DNA of 64,000 nt from an uncultured Gemmatimonadales bacterium (GCA_963828735.1 CAWHFW010000005.1:1952001-2016000); one strand, 5' to 3'; positions 36,613 to 47,501 are shown, counted from the first letter of the stretch. The notes: generated by a model from the letters alone, not told the origin. Made by a program: numbers and translations.

Positions 36613-37764
36613 ATGGCCGATTCCATCCGAGATCTGTTCTTCGGCCCCCAGTCGCGCGAGCTGGTCGAGGCGATCGACCCGCAGCGCTCGTTCGACGACG
36701 TGGTGCTCCCGGAGTCCACCCTGCGGGCGCTCGATCACGCGCTGGCGCTGGTGCGGAAGCACGACCTGATCTTTCGCCAGTGGGGGCTGGCCGAGCGACA
36801 CCGGACGGGCCTCGGGCTCGCCTTCCATTTCGCCGGACCGCCGGGCACGGGCAAGACCATCTGCGCCGAGGCGCTGGCGTACACGCTCAACCGCAAGGTG
36901 CTCGTCGTCCGGTACTCGGAGCTCGAGTCACGCTGGGTCGGGCAGACGGCCAAGCACGTGGCGTCCGTCTTCCGGGCCGCCGAGCGGCAGGATGCGGTGC
37001 TCTTCTTCGACGAGGCGGACGCGATCGCGGGGCGGCGCTTCACCGTCATGCAGGCCGCGGTGGATCGCGAGGCCAACTCGGTGGTGAACGTGCTGCTGCA
37101 CGAGCTGGAGACCTTTCCGGGCATCGTCATCTTCGCCACCAACCTCGCCGCGAACATGGATCCCGCCTTCGAGCGGCGCATCCGCACCCACATCCTCTTC
37201 GAGATGCCCGACGTGGAGGCGCGAGAGCGGATCTGGCGGGTGCAGCTCCATCCCCGGAAGACGCCGCTGGCGGACGACGTGGACTTCCGGGCGCTCGCCG
37301 AGGCCTACCCGAGGAGCGGTGGCGACATCAAGAACGCGGTCCTCAAAGCTGCGCAGAGCGCCACGACGGAGCCCGGTCCCGACGCCGCGAAGCTGATCCA
37401 CCAGCGGCATTTCAAGCAGGGGATGGAGGAGGTCATCGCGGGGGCGACGATCATGGCCCAGTCGCTGTTCGAGAACGGCGGGGCGCCGGATCCGCTCGGC
37501 ACGATGGAAGGGATGTCGGAAGGGCAGGAGGCGCTGCGGGGCGAGCTGGCCCTGCTCGGCGAGCGGCTCGACGGGCTGGAGACGCGTCAATCGGGTGCGC
37601 TGCAACGGCTCGACCAGCGCCAATCGGCGGCGCTGGAGGAGGTCGCGAAGAGCGCCGCGGCCTCCGCGGCCGCCAGCGCGGCGCAAGTCCGGACGGCGTG
37701 GCTCGTGGCGATCGGCGGCGTCGTGCTGGCGCTCGCGGCCCTCGTCGTCGCGTTGGTGCGCTAG
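36613..37764 (+). CDS. AAA+ ATPase with C-terminal coiled coil and TM anchor
   Basis: GPPGTGKT, pore loop SRWVG, FFDEAD, ATN, DPAFERR; hydrophobic C-terminal helix. Confidence 0.88.
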   Translation: MADSIRDLFFGPQSRELVEAIDPQRSFDDVVLPESTLRALDHALALVRKHDLIFRQWGLAERHRTGLGLAFHFAGPPGTGKTICAEALAYTLNRKVLVVRYSELESRWVGQTAKHVASVFRAAERQDAVLFFDEADAIAGRRFTVMQAAVDREANSVVNVLLHELETFPGIVIFATNLAANMDPAFERRIRTHILFEMPDVEARERIWRVQLHPRKTPLADDVDFRALAEAYPRSGGDIKNAVLKAAQSATTEPGPDAAKLIHQRHFKQGMEEVIAGATIMAQSLFENGGAPDPLGTMEGMSEGQEALRGELALLGERLDGLETRQSGALQRLDQRQSAALEEVAKSAAASAAASAAQVRTAWLVAIGGVVLALAALVVALVR

Positions 37765-37788
37765 CGCGCCCTCTCGAGGACCACGCCC

Positions 37789-38637
37789 TTACCTCCGCTT
37801 GAGCAGCACGTCATCGCTCTTCACGTTCGGGCCCACCATCAACACCAGCAGTCGCGATTCGTAGCCCGCCGCCGTCACCCGCACGTACTGCGTGCGACAG
37901 TTGTCTACCAGCGACAGATCGAACCGGAAGTGATACTCGCCGGAGCCGTCGGTGAACGTGACGAACGGCGTCCCCACCATCTGCAGGTGCGCGCCCGCGA
38001 GCGGCGCGCCGTTGTCCGAGCGGTAGATCTTGCCGACCACCACGCCGAACTGCGGTTGCCCGGCCGAGTCGGTCGGCTCGCCGGCTCTCGGGGTGCAGCG
38101 CTCCGGGTGGTCGGGCAGATACGACTCCATGGGCCGGCTCGCGCGCGGACCCACACCCGGCCGCGTCCCCGGGCGGGGCGCTCCGAAGATCCGCTTGGCC
38201 TCGGACTCCATGGTCGCGACGTTGTTCTCCGCCGGCACGGTCGAGCCCGGCTTGGCGTCGTCCGTCGCGGCCCGTTCGCCGCCGGTCGGGTCGTCGTTGG
38301 CTGGCTCCTCGCCCTGCCGCCGCTCGGCCTCGGGCGGCGCGTTGGCGTCGGGCTCGGGCGTCCGCTGGGCTTTCTCCGGCGGCGGTGCGATGCGGGGAAT
38401 CGGCGCCGGCGGCGGCTTCGGGGGCGGGGGCGTCGGCTTTGGTGGCTCGGGCGGCGGCTTCGGGGCCGGCGGACGGGGAACGACCTTCGGAGCCGGCGGC
38501 GGCTGGAGGTACACCATCTGGACCTGCCGGGCCTGGTCGGCGTCCTCGCGCTTCTGGTTCTCGCCCGATGGCTCATCCGGCTTCCGCGACAGCTGGACCG
38601 CCAGCACCAGAAGCGCCGCGTGCATCGCGGCGCTCAA
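37789..38637 (-). CDS. TonB-like Pro-rich membrane-anchored protein with carboxypeptidase-regulatory-like domain (start uncertain)
   Basis: SAAMHAALLV (SxxxH TM motif), poly-Pro linker, GAPLAGAHL...TDGSGEY...AAGY. Confidence 0.65.
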   Translation of the reverse strand: MSAAMHAALLVLAVQLSRKPDEPSGENQKREDADQARQVQMVYLQPPPAPKVVPRPPAPKPPPEPPKPTPPPPKPPPAPIPRIAPPPEKAQRTPEPDANAPPEAERRQGEEPANDDPTGGERAATDDAKPGSTVPAENNVATMESEAKRIFGAPRPGTRPGVGPRASRPMESYLPDHPERCTPRAGEPTDSAGQPQFGVVVGKIYRSDNGAPLAGAHLQMVGTPFVTFTDGSGEYHFRFDLSLVDNCRTQYVRVTAAGYESRLLVLMVGPNVKSDDVLLKRR

Positions 38638-38787
38638 GCCGAGGGAAATCCACGGGCGCTCGGTTCGGTCTGGGGGGGTCGGCTGCGGGAGCGTCGTGGT
38701 GCCTCGGTCGAACGGTGGCCGGGAGTCTTGGGTGCCGCAATTTAGACGGGTCGCCGGACGATCGGGGCGGCGGACCGTCTGACCGCC

Positions 38788-40524
38788 CTAATCCACCGGG
38801 TCTCCTGCTCTCCACCCGCTCACCCGCATCCGGTCGATGAGCTCCATCACGAGCGCCCGGTCCTGGTGGACCGGGAGGAGGAGCACATCGCCCGGCCGGG
38901 CCCACGCGAGCGCATCGCGCACGGCGTCCAGCTCGGTTCCTGGACGGCTGATTGCGGCGGCGGGGACATCGTGGCGCGCCAGCTCGTCGGCCATGAGCGC
39001 CGGGATCTCGCCCGGCTGGCGACCGCGCAGGTAGCGCTCCACCTCCTTCAGCACCACCCGGTCGGGCCGCATCACGAGGGCGGCGCGCACCAGCGCCCGG
39101 ATGGCCTCGTCCGAGCGGTCGCCCGCCTGTCCCAGCAGGACGAGCCGGCGCCGTGCCGGCAGCGCCGCGATCATCTCGGCCAGCGCAATCATGCCGTGCG
39201 GGTTGTGGGCGTAGTCGATCACGAGTTGTACACCGCCCAGCTCGACCATGTTGGCCCGTCCCGGATTGTCGGCGCTCGCCGCGCCGAACCGGGTGAGGGT
39301 CCGCGTGATCGCCTCCATAGGAAGCCCCAGCACGGCCGCCGCGCCGATGGCCGCGAGCGCGTTTGCCACGTTGTGACGGGCCGCGCCGCCGAGGACGATC
39401 GGCACGTCCTCGACGCGCGCCACCGTCGTCCGCCGGCTCCCCTCTGCCAGCACCAGGGTGCACTCCACCCACAACGCCGCCCGGCCCCCGCGCGCCATGT
39501 GATCCGCGAGCCAACGCTGGTCGGGGTCGAGCGTGAACCACACCACTGGCACGTCGAGCCGCCCTCCGCGCGCACGGAGCCGCGGATCGTCGGCGTTGAG
39601 GACAACGCTCCCGTTCGCGCGCACCGCTCGCGCCACCAGCAGCTTGACGTCGGCCAGCGTGTCGAGGTCCTGGATGCCGAACTCACCCAGGTGGTCGTCG
39701 GCCACGTTGGTCACGACGGCCACCGACGCGCGATTCACGCTGAGGCCGCGGCGCAGGAGCCCGCCTCGCGCCGTTTCGAGCACCCCGAGCTCGACGTCGG
39801 GCCGGCGAAGCAGGAGACGCGCGCCGCTGGGTCCAGAGAAGTCGCCCTCGCCCAGCGTCATGTCGCGGAGGGTCACGCCTTCGGTCGACGTGATCCCCGC
39901 CGCGTAGCCGGCCGCCGAGGCCATCGCCGCGAGCAGCCGCACTACCGTCGTCTTCCCGTTCGATCCGGTGACGAGCGCGACCGGGATGTCGTGCACGCAC
40001 GACCAGTCCACCGTGGCCGGCTCGGGGAGCGCGGACTCCGGCCAGACCGCGACGCCGGCACCGCTGCCCGCCGAGACCTCGTCCTCACCGACGAGAAAGG
40101 TGAGATCGCGCGCGAGCGCGGCCTCCCGCAGGGCGGCGAGGGTCGGATTGCGCTCGGCCGCGATCGCCTCGCGGAGCCGGAGGACCACCGCGCGCTCGTC
40201 TTCGGCCGGGGGCCCCTCGACTCCCGCCCAGGCGCTCGCCCACGCGGCCTCGTTGAGGTCCGTCGCCGCGTAGAGCGCGTCGGGCGGCGCGGTGAAGGCG
40301 AGGCTCGCGCCGCCCACGAAGGCGCGCGTGGCCATGCGCTCACCCGACCAGCCCACGGCATCCAGCAGGCGCCGCGCGGCGTCGCCCCATGCGGCGACGG
40401 CGCGGTCGCGAACGGTTTCGTCGAGATGGACCTCGAGGATGGTGCCCGGCCCGTCGAGGAGGAGGGACGAGCCGGTGAGCCGACGGGAGTCGGCCACGGT
40501 CATGGTGTGCGCGAGGCCGGACAT
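38788..40524 (-). CDS. CphA-related Mur-ligase protein lacking the ATP-grasp domain (start 40524 or 40503)
   Basis: IPVALVTGSNGKTT, ETARGGLLRRG, TNVADDHLG, LNADD, NPGR, DYAHNP, GDR. Confidence 0.85.
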   Translation of the reverse strand: MSGLAHTMTVADSRRLTGSSLLLDGPGTILEVHLDETVRDRAVAAWGDAARRLLDAVGWSGERMATRAFVGGASLAFTAPPDALYAATDLNEAAWASAWAGVEGPPAEDERAVVLRLREAIAAERNPTLAALREAALARDLTFLVGEDEVSAGSGAGVAVWPESALPEPATVDWSCVHDIPVALVTGSNGKTTVVRLLAAMASAAGYAAGITSTEGVTLRDMTLGEGDFSGPSGARLLLRRPDVELGVLETARGGLLRRGLSVNRASVAVVTNVADDHLGEFGIQDLDTLADVKLLVARAVRANGSVVLNADDPRLRARGGRLDVPVVWFTLDPDQRWLADHMARGGRAALWVECTLVLAEGSRRTTVARVEDVPIVLGGAARHNVANALAAIGAAAVLGLPMEAITRTLTRFGAASADNPGRANMVELGGVQLVIDYAHNPHGMIALAEMIAALPARRRLVLLGQAGDRSDEAIRALVRAALVMRPDRVVLKEVERYLRGRQPGEIPALMADELARHDVPAAAISRPGTELDAVRDALAWARPGDVLLLPVHQDRALVMELIDRMRVSGWRAGDPVD

Positions 40525-40559
40525 GCGGAGGCGGGAGCTCGACCGTGCCGGGCGGCGGC

Positions 40560-43352
40560 CTAGTCGGCCTCTTCCCGGGCCAGCCAGACGCCGCGCGTAT
40601 CGCGCACGAATTCGCGGCGGCCCTCGTCCATCAGCGGCGTCATTACCGCCGCGACGGGCGCCTCGGGCCGCGAGACCCGCGGCCGCTCCACCAGCCGCGC
40701 CGGGGCCTCGGGGCGGAACTGGATCACCTGCTTCCAGCTCCGCGTGATCGCGTCGGCGAAGACCAGGAGCAGGTCCGCCGGCTGAGCCTCGCGGAGCGCG
40801 GTGTCGACGGCCAGCTGCTCGTCGGGGATGACGAGGATCTGCTCCGCCGCCACGCCCGCGGTCAGCAGCGCGTCGCGCAGGAGGTGCGGCACCTCGTCGG
40901 GCTTCCGCCCGCGGAGCGCGTCGTCGCGCCGGACGATGTAGCGGTCGAACCGCCCCGCGGCCATGCGGCCGATGTCGGTGATGTCCTCGTCGCGCCGGTC
41001 GCCGGGGGCGGCCAGCACCACCAGGCGGCGGCCCACGACGTCGAGCCGCTCGACCAGCTGGCACATCGCCTCGACCGCGGCCGGATTGTGGCCGTAGTCG
41101 AGGATCACCTTGAACGGATGCTCGTCGAAGATGTTCATCCGGCCGGGCGCCTGGAAGAACGTGGTGTCGAAGGTGCGGAGCCCGTGGCGGATGTCCTCGA
41201 GCTTGAGCCCCATGCTGAAGCCCATCGCCGCCGCGAACATCGCGTTCTGGACGTTGTGCAGCGCCCGCCCCTCGAGCGTGGCGGGAATGAGGTGGGTCCA
41301 GAGCAGCGGGATGTGGGCGCCGTGATCGTAGATCGTGATCATCTGGCCCTTGATGCCGCTCTCGAGCACCACGCCGCGGCCGCCGGCCTTGATGTGCTCG
41401 CCCACGAGCTCGTGGGTCGGGTCCATCGTCACGTAGCACAGGTGCTTCGCAGACGTGTAGTCGGCCATCTTGAGGCAGAGCGGATCGTCGGCGTTGAGCA
41501 CGGCCGTCTCGCGCGCGACCTCGACCACGATGCGCTTCACCTTGGCCAGGTCGTCGAGCGTGCCGACGCCGCGGAGGCCCAGGTGGTCCGACTTGACGTT
41601 GAGGACCGCGCCCACGTCGCAGTGGCGCACGGCCATGCCTGCGCGCAAGAGCCCGCCGCGCGCGATCTCGAGCACCGCCATGTCCACCTTGGGGTCGCTC
41701 AGCACCATGCGGGTCGCCACCGGGCCCGTCATGTCGCCCGCGACAGTGCGATGCCCGTCGATGTAGACCCCGTCCGTCGTCGTGAGGCCGACGGTGTGTC
41801 CGGCGAGCTTCTGGATGTGGGCCAGCATGCGCGCCGTGGTGGTCTTGCCGTTGGTGCCGGTCACGGCGGCGATGGGGATGCGGCTCGGTGTCCCGGGCGG
41901 GAACAGCATGTCGAGTACGGGCCCCGCGACATCGCGTGCCCGTCCTTCGCTCGGCGCCATGTGCATCCGGAAGCCGGGCGCCGCGTTGATCTCGCAGATC
42001 GCCCCGCCGACCTCCCTGTACGACTCCGTGATGTCGGTCGTGAGGAAGTCCACGCCGCCCACGTCGAGCCCGATCGCCTTCACCGCGCGCACCGCCATCT
42101 CGACGTTGTCGGGGTGCACCCGGTCGGTCATGTCGGTGGCGGTGCCGCCGGTGGAGAGGTTGCCGGTCGAGCGGAGGAACACCTGCTCGCCCTCGGCGGG
42201 CACGGTCTCCCGCGTGTAGCCCTTCTTGGCCAGCAGCGACTCGGCCTGGTGGTCGAACACCAGCCGGGTGAGCACCTTCTCGTGGCCGATGCCGCGCCGC
42301 GGGTCGAGGTTCACCTCGTCCACCAGCTGCTCGACCGTGTGCACCCCGTCGCCCATCACGTGGCCGGGAACCCGCTTGGAGACGGCCACGAGCTCGCCGT
42401 TGATCACCAGCATGCGGTGGTCCTCGCCGGTGATGAAGCTCTCGACGATGACGCTCCGGCTGTGCTCGCGGGCCACCTCGAACGCGGCGCGCACCTGTTC
42501 CTCGGTCGTGAGGTAGATCGAGATGCCGCGGCCGTGGTTGGCGTTGTACGGCTTGACCACGACGGGGAAGCCGATCCGCTCCGCCGCGGCCACCGCATCG
42601 TCCTCGCGCTGCACCAGCCGCTGGCGCGGGACGGGAAGGCCGAGGTTGCCGAGGATGCGGTTGGTCTCCTCCTTGTCGGAGGCGAGCTCGACCGCGATGT
42701 GCGAGGTGCGGCTCGTGACGGTGGCCTGCACGCGCTGCTGGAACCGGCCGTGGCCGAATTGGATCAGGCTCTGCTCGTTGAGCCGGATCCACGGGATCCG
42801 CCGGTCCTCCGCCGCGCGGACCAGCGACATCGTGCTCGGCCCCAGCGCCCGCCGCTGCGCGAACCGGATGAACTCGTCGCGCTCGGCGGCGAAGTCGAAG
42901 TCACCGGGGACCGCGCCGTCCGGCCGGAGCTCGGGCGGCAGGAGCGAGTGGAGCAGGGTGATGCCGAGCCGGCCCGCCTCGAGCCCGACGTCCTCCTGCT
43001 CGTACTGGTAGATGACGTGGTAATGGCCGTCCACGCCGGCGCCACGCGTCTTGCCGAACGTCACCGGCTCGCCGGCCACGTTCTGCATCTCGATGGCGAC
43101 GTGCTCGAGGATGTGGCCCATCCAGGTGCCCTCGTCCTCACGCAGGCGCCGGATGAACCCGCCGGGCTCACCGTAGGAGCACCCGTGCTCGTGCAGGCCG
43201 GGGAGCGCTTCGATGAGGCGGTCGATGAAGGCGGGCCCGAGCTTGGCCGAGGGCCAGTCCTCCAGCGGGCCGAGGTCGATCTCCAGCCGGATGACGGGGA
43301 AGTGGGCGTAGAGGCTGGGGCCGACGTAGACCGCGCGATCGATGATCCGCAT
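40560..43352 (-). CDS. cphA: Cyanophycin synthetase
   Basis: N domain with C...HILEH, LGPST, ATP-grasp VVKPYNANHGRG and EINAAPGFRMH, Mur domain TGTNGKTT. Confidence 0.96.
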   Translation of the reverse strand: MRIIDRAVYVGPSLYAHFPVIRLEIDLGPLEDWPSAKLGPAFIDRLIEALPGLHEHGCSYGEPGGFIRRLREDEGTWMGHILEHVAIEMQNVAGEPVTFGKTRGAGVDGHYHVIYQYEQEDVGLEAGRLGITLLHSLLPPELRPDGAVPGDFDFAAERDEFIRFAQRRALGPSTMSLVRAAEDRRIPWIRLNEQSLIQFGHGRFQQRVQATVTSRTSHIAVELASDKEETNRILGNLGLPVPRQRLVQREDDAVAAAERIGFPVVVKPYNANHGRGISIYLTTEEQVRAAFEVAREHSRSVIVESFITGEDHRMLVINGELVAVSKRVPGHVMGDGVHTVEQLVDEVNLDPRRGIGHEKVLTRLVFDHQAESLLAKKGYTRETVPAEGEQVFLRSTGNLSTGGTATDMTDRVHPDNVEMAVRAVKAIGLDVGGVDFLTTDITESYREVGGAICEINAAPGFRMHMAPSEGRARDVAGPVLDMLFPPGTPSRIPIAAVTGTNGKTTTARMLAHIQKLAGHTVGLTTTDGVYIDGHRTVAGDMTGPVATRMVLSDPKVDMAVLEIARGGLLRAGMAVRHCDVGAVLNVKSDHLGLRGVGTLDDLAKVKRIVVEVARETAVLNADDPLCLKMADYTSAKHLCYVTMDPTHELVGEHIKAGGRGVVLESGIKGQMITIYDHGAHIPLLWTHLIPATLEGRALHNVQNAMFAAAMGFSMGLKLEDIRHGLRTFDTTFFQAPGRMNIFDEHPFKVILDYGHNPAAVEAMCQLVERLDVVGRRLVVLAAPGDRRDEDITDIGRMAAGRFDRYIVRRDDALRGRKPDEVPHLLRDALLTAGVAAEQILVIPDEQLAVDTALREAQPADLLLVFADAITRSWKQVIQFRPEAPARLVERPRVSRPEAPVAAVMTPLMDEGRREFVRDTRGVWLAREEAD

Positions 43353-43391
43353 TGCTGTTCGCCTTCGGTGGAGGGCTGACGGTCTCGGCGA

Positions 43392-44209
43392 CTAGGCGCG
43401 ATGCGCGAGCACCGGCGGCGCGGCCGCCACTCGCGTGGTGAGGTTGAACGTCGACCCGTGGTCCAGGATGTGGAGCCGGAGACCGATCAGGCAGACCGGG
43501 TCGTTCTTCCGTACGCGCGCCATCGAGGAGAACTGGATCTCCGACGGGTCCACGATCGTGAGCGCGCCGCCGCCGACCACCTCGAAGATGTCGTCGGGCC
43601 GATGAACGCCGCCGTGTTCTCGTCGAGCCCGATCCCGATGGCGAACGGGTTGTAGGCCAGCGCCGTGAGCAGCCGCCCCAGCCGGTCCCGCTGGCGGAAG
43701 TGCTGGTCGATGATCACCCGGTTGGTGAGGCCGAGCCCCGGGGCGAGGGTCACGATCTTGGCCCGCGGGCTCGCGCCCTCCTTGCCGAACGCGATCATGT
43801 GCTCGCACAGGAACGCGGCGCCCGCCGACGTGCCGGCGATGTGCGCGCCCTCGGCGTTCCGGCGGCGCAGCGCCTTGGCCATGGACGTGCCGCCGATCAT
43901 CGTGCTGAGCCGGAGCTGGTTGCCCCCGGTCAGGAAGATCCCGTCGGCCTGGTTCAGGGCCTCGAGCAGCTCCGGCAGCTCGGCGTCGGCGCGGGCGTGG
44001 ATGGGGAGGGAGCGGGCCTCGGAGACTCCCAGGCCCTGGAACAGCGTCTCGTAGCGGGCGCCCGTATCGCTCACCTCGGAGGCAGTCGGGATGATGGCGA
44101 TCCGGCCGGTCGTGCCGCAGAGCGAGGCAAAGCGCCGCAGGATGGTGATGTCGCCGATCTTCTCTTCCGCCCCGCCCACCGGAATGATGTAGCCGCGGCC
44201 GTCCGCCAA
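43392..44209 (-). pseudogene. cphB: Cyanophycinase with a 1-nt frameshift near 43598 (real lesion or sequencing error)
   Basis: TTG start with GGAGG RBS; IPVGGAE, TGGNQ, GTSAGA nucleophile, DQHFRQRDRLGRL, GLDENTA; the C-terminus DDIFEVVG...LHIL lies in another frame. Confidence 0.85.
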
Positions 44210-44294
44210 AAGCGCCCTCCCGCCTGGAGTTGACCGGCAGGTTGGTCGCCGGCGTGCACGTCGTCTGCGCCGCCTAAAATACACCCGGGTGGAA

Positions 44295-44464
44295 GGGGCG
44301 GGAGGGGTGGACCAGATGGCGCGGAGCGGGAGCGGTGAGCGGTGAGCGGTGAGCGGTGAGCGGTGGATGGGGTAGGGAGTGGTAGGGCATTGTTGCAAGA
44401 GGAGTTCCCACACCGCTCACCTCTTACCGCTCACCGCTCCCCGCCAGCCCACCCTCCCGCCCCA
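44295..44464. repeat. About 170-nt imperfect inverted repeat built from GCGGTGA heptamers
   Basis: Outer arms ggggcgggaggggtgg / ccaccctcccgcccc; inner arms (gcggtga)x4 versus caccgctcacctcttaccgctcaccgctcccc. Confidence 0.85.
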
Positions 44465-44526
44465 TACCGCCTCTGCCCGCGCGATCATGATGCCGGTGCG
44501 CCTCGGCTCTTCCGCAATCGTTGTCT

Positions 44527-44901
44527 ATGCGAGACCACAAGAGCCTAGTCGCCTGGCAGGTGGCGCACGAGGTGGCGCGTGGGGTTCTCAGTGTCAGCCG
44601 GTTGCGATGGAGGCCCGATGCTGCCGCACTGTTCGGTCAGCTTCAACGATCGTCACTGTCCATCCAGTTGAACATCGCGGAAGGATACGCCCTGGGGAGA
44701 GACCGTCAGTTCTGCTATCACCTTCGCGTAGCGTACGGCTCGGCGGTCGAGACCGGTGACCTTTTGGAGCTGGCTGAGTCGGAGAGGCTGATCCCCGACG
44801 GGGAGGCTCAGGCTCTACTTGCCGACTGCCAGCGCACCCAACGACTACTCCTCGGCCTACTGCATCGTTATGCCCGCCCCACCGGTCCGCCTCGGACCTA
44901 A
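44527..44901 (+). CDS. Four-helix-bundle protein (23S rRNA IVP / Avd-like family)
   Basis: HKSLVAWQ, QLQRSSLSIQLNIAEG, AYGSAVET; 124 aa; visibly less GC-biased than its neighbours. Confidence 0.88.
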   Translation: MRDHKSLVAWQVAHEVARGVLSVSRLRWRPDAAALFGQLQRSSLSIQLNIAEGYALGRDRQFCYHLRVAYGSAVETGDLLELAESERLIPDGEAQALLADCQRTQRLLLGLLHRYARPTGPPRT

Positions 44902-44943
44902 CTACCTCTATCCCGTCGCCAGCTCCCCTCCCCCCTCCCCGTT

Positions 44944-44990
44944 CCCGCTCACCCCTCACCGCTCCCGCTCACCGCTCCCGCTCACCGCCC
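44944..44990. repeat. Degenerate CCGCTCA heptamer array at the iadA 3' end
   Basis: cccgctcacccctcaccgctcccgctcaccgctcccgctcaccgccc; contains the iadA stop codon. Confidence 0.8.
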
Positions 44991-46156
44991 CCTGCTCCCT
45001 CAAACGCCCCCCGCACCACCGGCCGCCCCGCCCTTACGTGCCACCGCCCGCGAGCCATCACGTCCGCCACCTTGCCGTCCTGACTGAGCACCACCAGGTC
45101 CGCGGCCGCGCCCACCGCGAGCCGGCCCTTCCGCTCCAGTTTGAGCAGGCGCGCCGGATTGCTGGTGAACGCGGGCAGCACCCGCTCGAGCGGCTGCCCG
45201 CACCGAAGCAGCGCGGCGAGCGCGTCGCCGGTGGCGGACGGCGCCCCGACATCGATGCCCACGACCCGGCCCTCCGCGTCGAGCAGGGGCAGGCACCCGC
45301 CGCCGTCCGAGCTCACCGTGACGCGGCCCGCCGGCAAGCCCGCGTCGAGGTACCGCACGAGGGCTTCCTCCGCCGGCCACGCGTCCTCGCCGTCCTCGAC
45401 CGGAAACGCCGTGATGTCCACGGTGCATCCGCGCTCGGACAGCGCCATCGCCTCCTCGAACAGTCGCCGCTTGCGGTTGACGTGGGTCGGGTTGAAGACC
45501 TCCGCCGGCAGCTCGCTCCGGTCGAGCGCCTGCCGCACGGGCTCGAGCCCGGCCTCGCCGTCGCCCACGTGCAGGTGCAGGATGCCGGCTTTTCCGCTCA
45601 TGAGCCCGCCGACGTGCGCGTCGGCCGCGATGCGGAGGAGCTCGTCGTGCGTCGGCTGGCTCGAGCGATGGTCGCTGATGGCGAGCTCGCCCACCCCGAG
45701 CACCAGGTCGATGAGCACGATGTCGAGTCGGACGCTGCCGGTGGCGGTGGTGGGAGGGTAGTGGTAGCCGCCGGTGTGACAGAACGCGCTCAAGCCCTCC
45801 TGGATCAGCCCGCGCGCGACGGTCACCAGCTCGGCCGTGGTACGCACCGTGTCGTCGGTGCCAAGCACGCCGACCGCGGTGGTCACGCCGCCGCGCGTGA
45901 GCCGGCTCAACGCGACCGGCGGCACTCGGGTGTGCGGGCCCGCCTCGCCGCCGCCGCCCGTGAGGTGCACGTGACCGTCGACGAGGCCGGGAATGACCCG
46001 CCGGCCCTCGAGGTCCACCTCGGTCACACCCAGCGCGCGGTCGAGCGCCGGGACGCCGCGCCCGATCCAGACCACCGCCTCACCCGCGACCAGCAGGTCC
46101 TGCTTCCCGGTCGGCGCAGGATCGTACAGCTCGGCGTTCCTGAGCAGCGTCAGCAT
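44969..46156 (-). CDS. iadA: Isoaspartyl dipeptidase (beta-aspartyl peptidase)
   Basis: PGLVDGHVHLTGGGGE, GVLGTD, TGGY, AISDHRSSQP, HLHVGD, PTHVNR, SSDGGG. Confidence 0.94.
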   Translation of the reverse strand: MLTLLRNAELYDPAPTGKQDLLVAGEAVVWIGRGVPALDRALGVTEVDLEGRRVIPGLVDGHVHLTGGGGEAGPHTRVPPVALSRLTRGGVTTAVGVLGTDDTVRTTAELVTVARGLIQEGLSAFCHTGGYHYPPTTATGSVRLDIVLIDLVLGVGELAISDHRSSQPTHDELLRIAADAHVGGLMSGKAGILHLHVGDGEAGLEPVRQALDRSELPAEVFNPTHVNRKRRLFEEAMALSERGCTVDITAFPVEDGEDAWPAEEALVRYLDAGLPAGRVTVSSDGGGCLPLLDAEGRVVGIDVGAPSATGDALAALLRCGQPLERVLPAFTSNPARLLKLERKGRLAVGAAADLVVLSQDGKVADVMARGRWHVRAGRPVVRGAFEGAGGGERER

Positions 46157-46163
46157 CGGTACG

Positions 46164-47435
<1,272 letters not shown>

Positions 47436-47501
47436 AGGAAACGGTCGCTGGCTAGGGTACGGGGTACGGCAAGGTAGAGACCCGTCCCGACGGAGGGAAG
47501 G

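Noticed and set aside
36613..37764. Contractile injection system, suggested by the Afp15-like ATPase
   Set aside because: No sheath, tube, baseplate or spike genes nearby.
38788..42792. 1334-aa ORF overlapping cphA
   Set aside because: The upstream part is an off-frame shadow of cphA; the real gene starts near 40524-40503.
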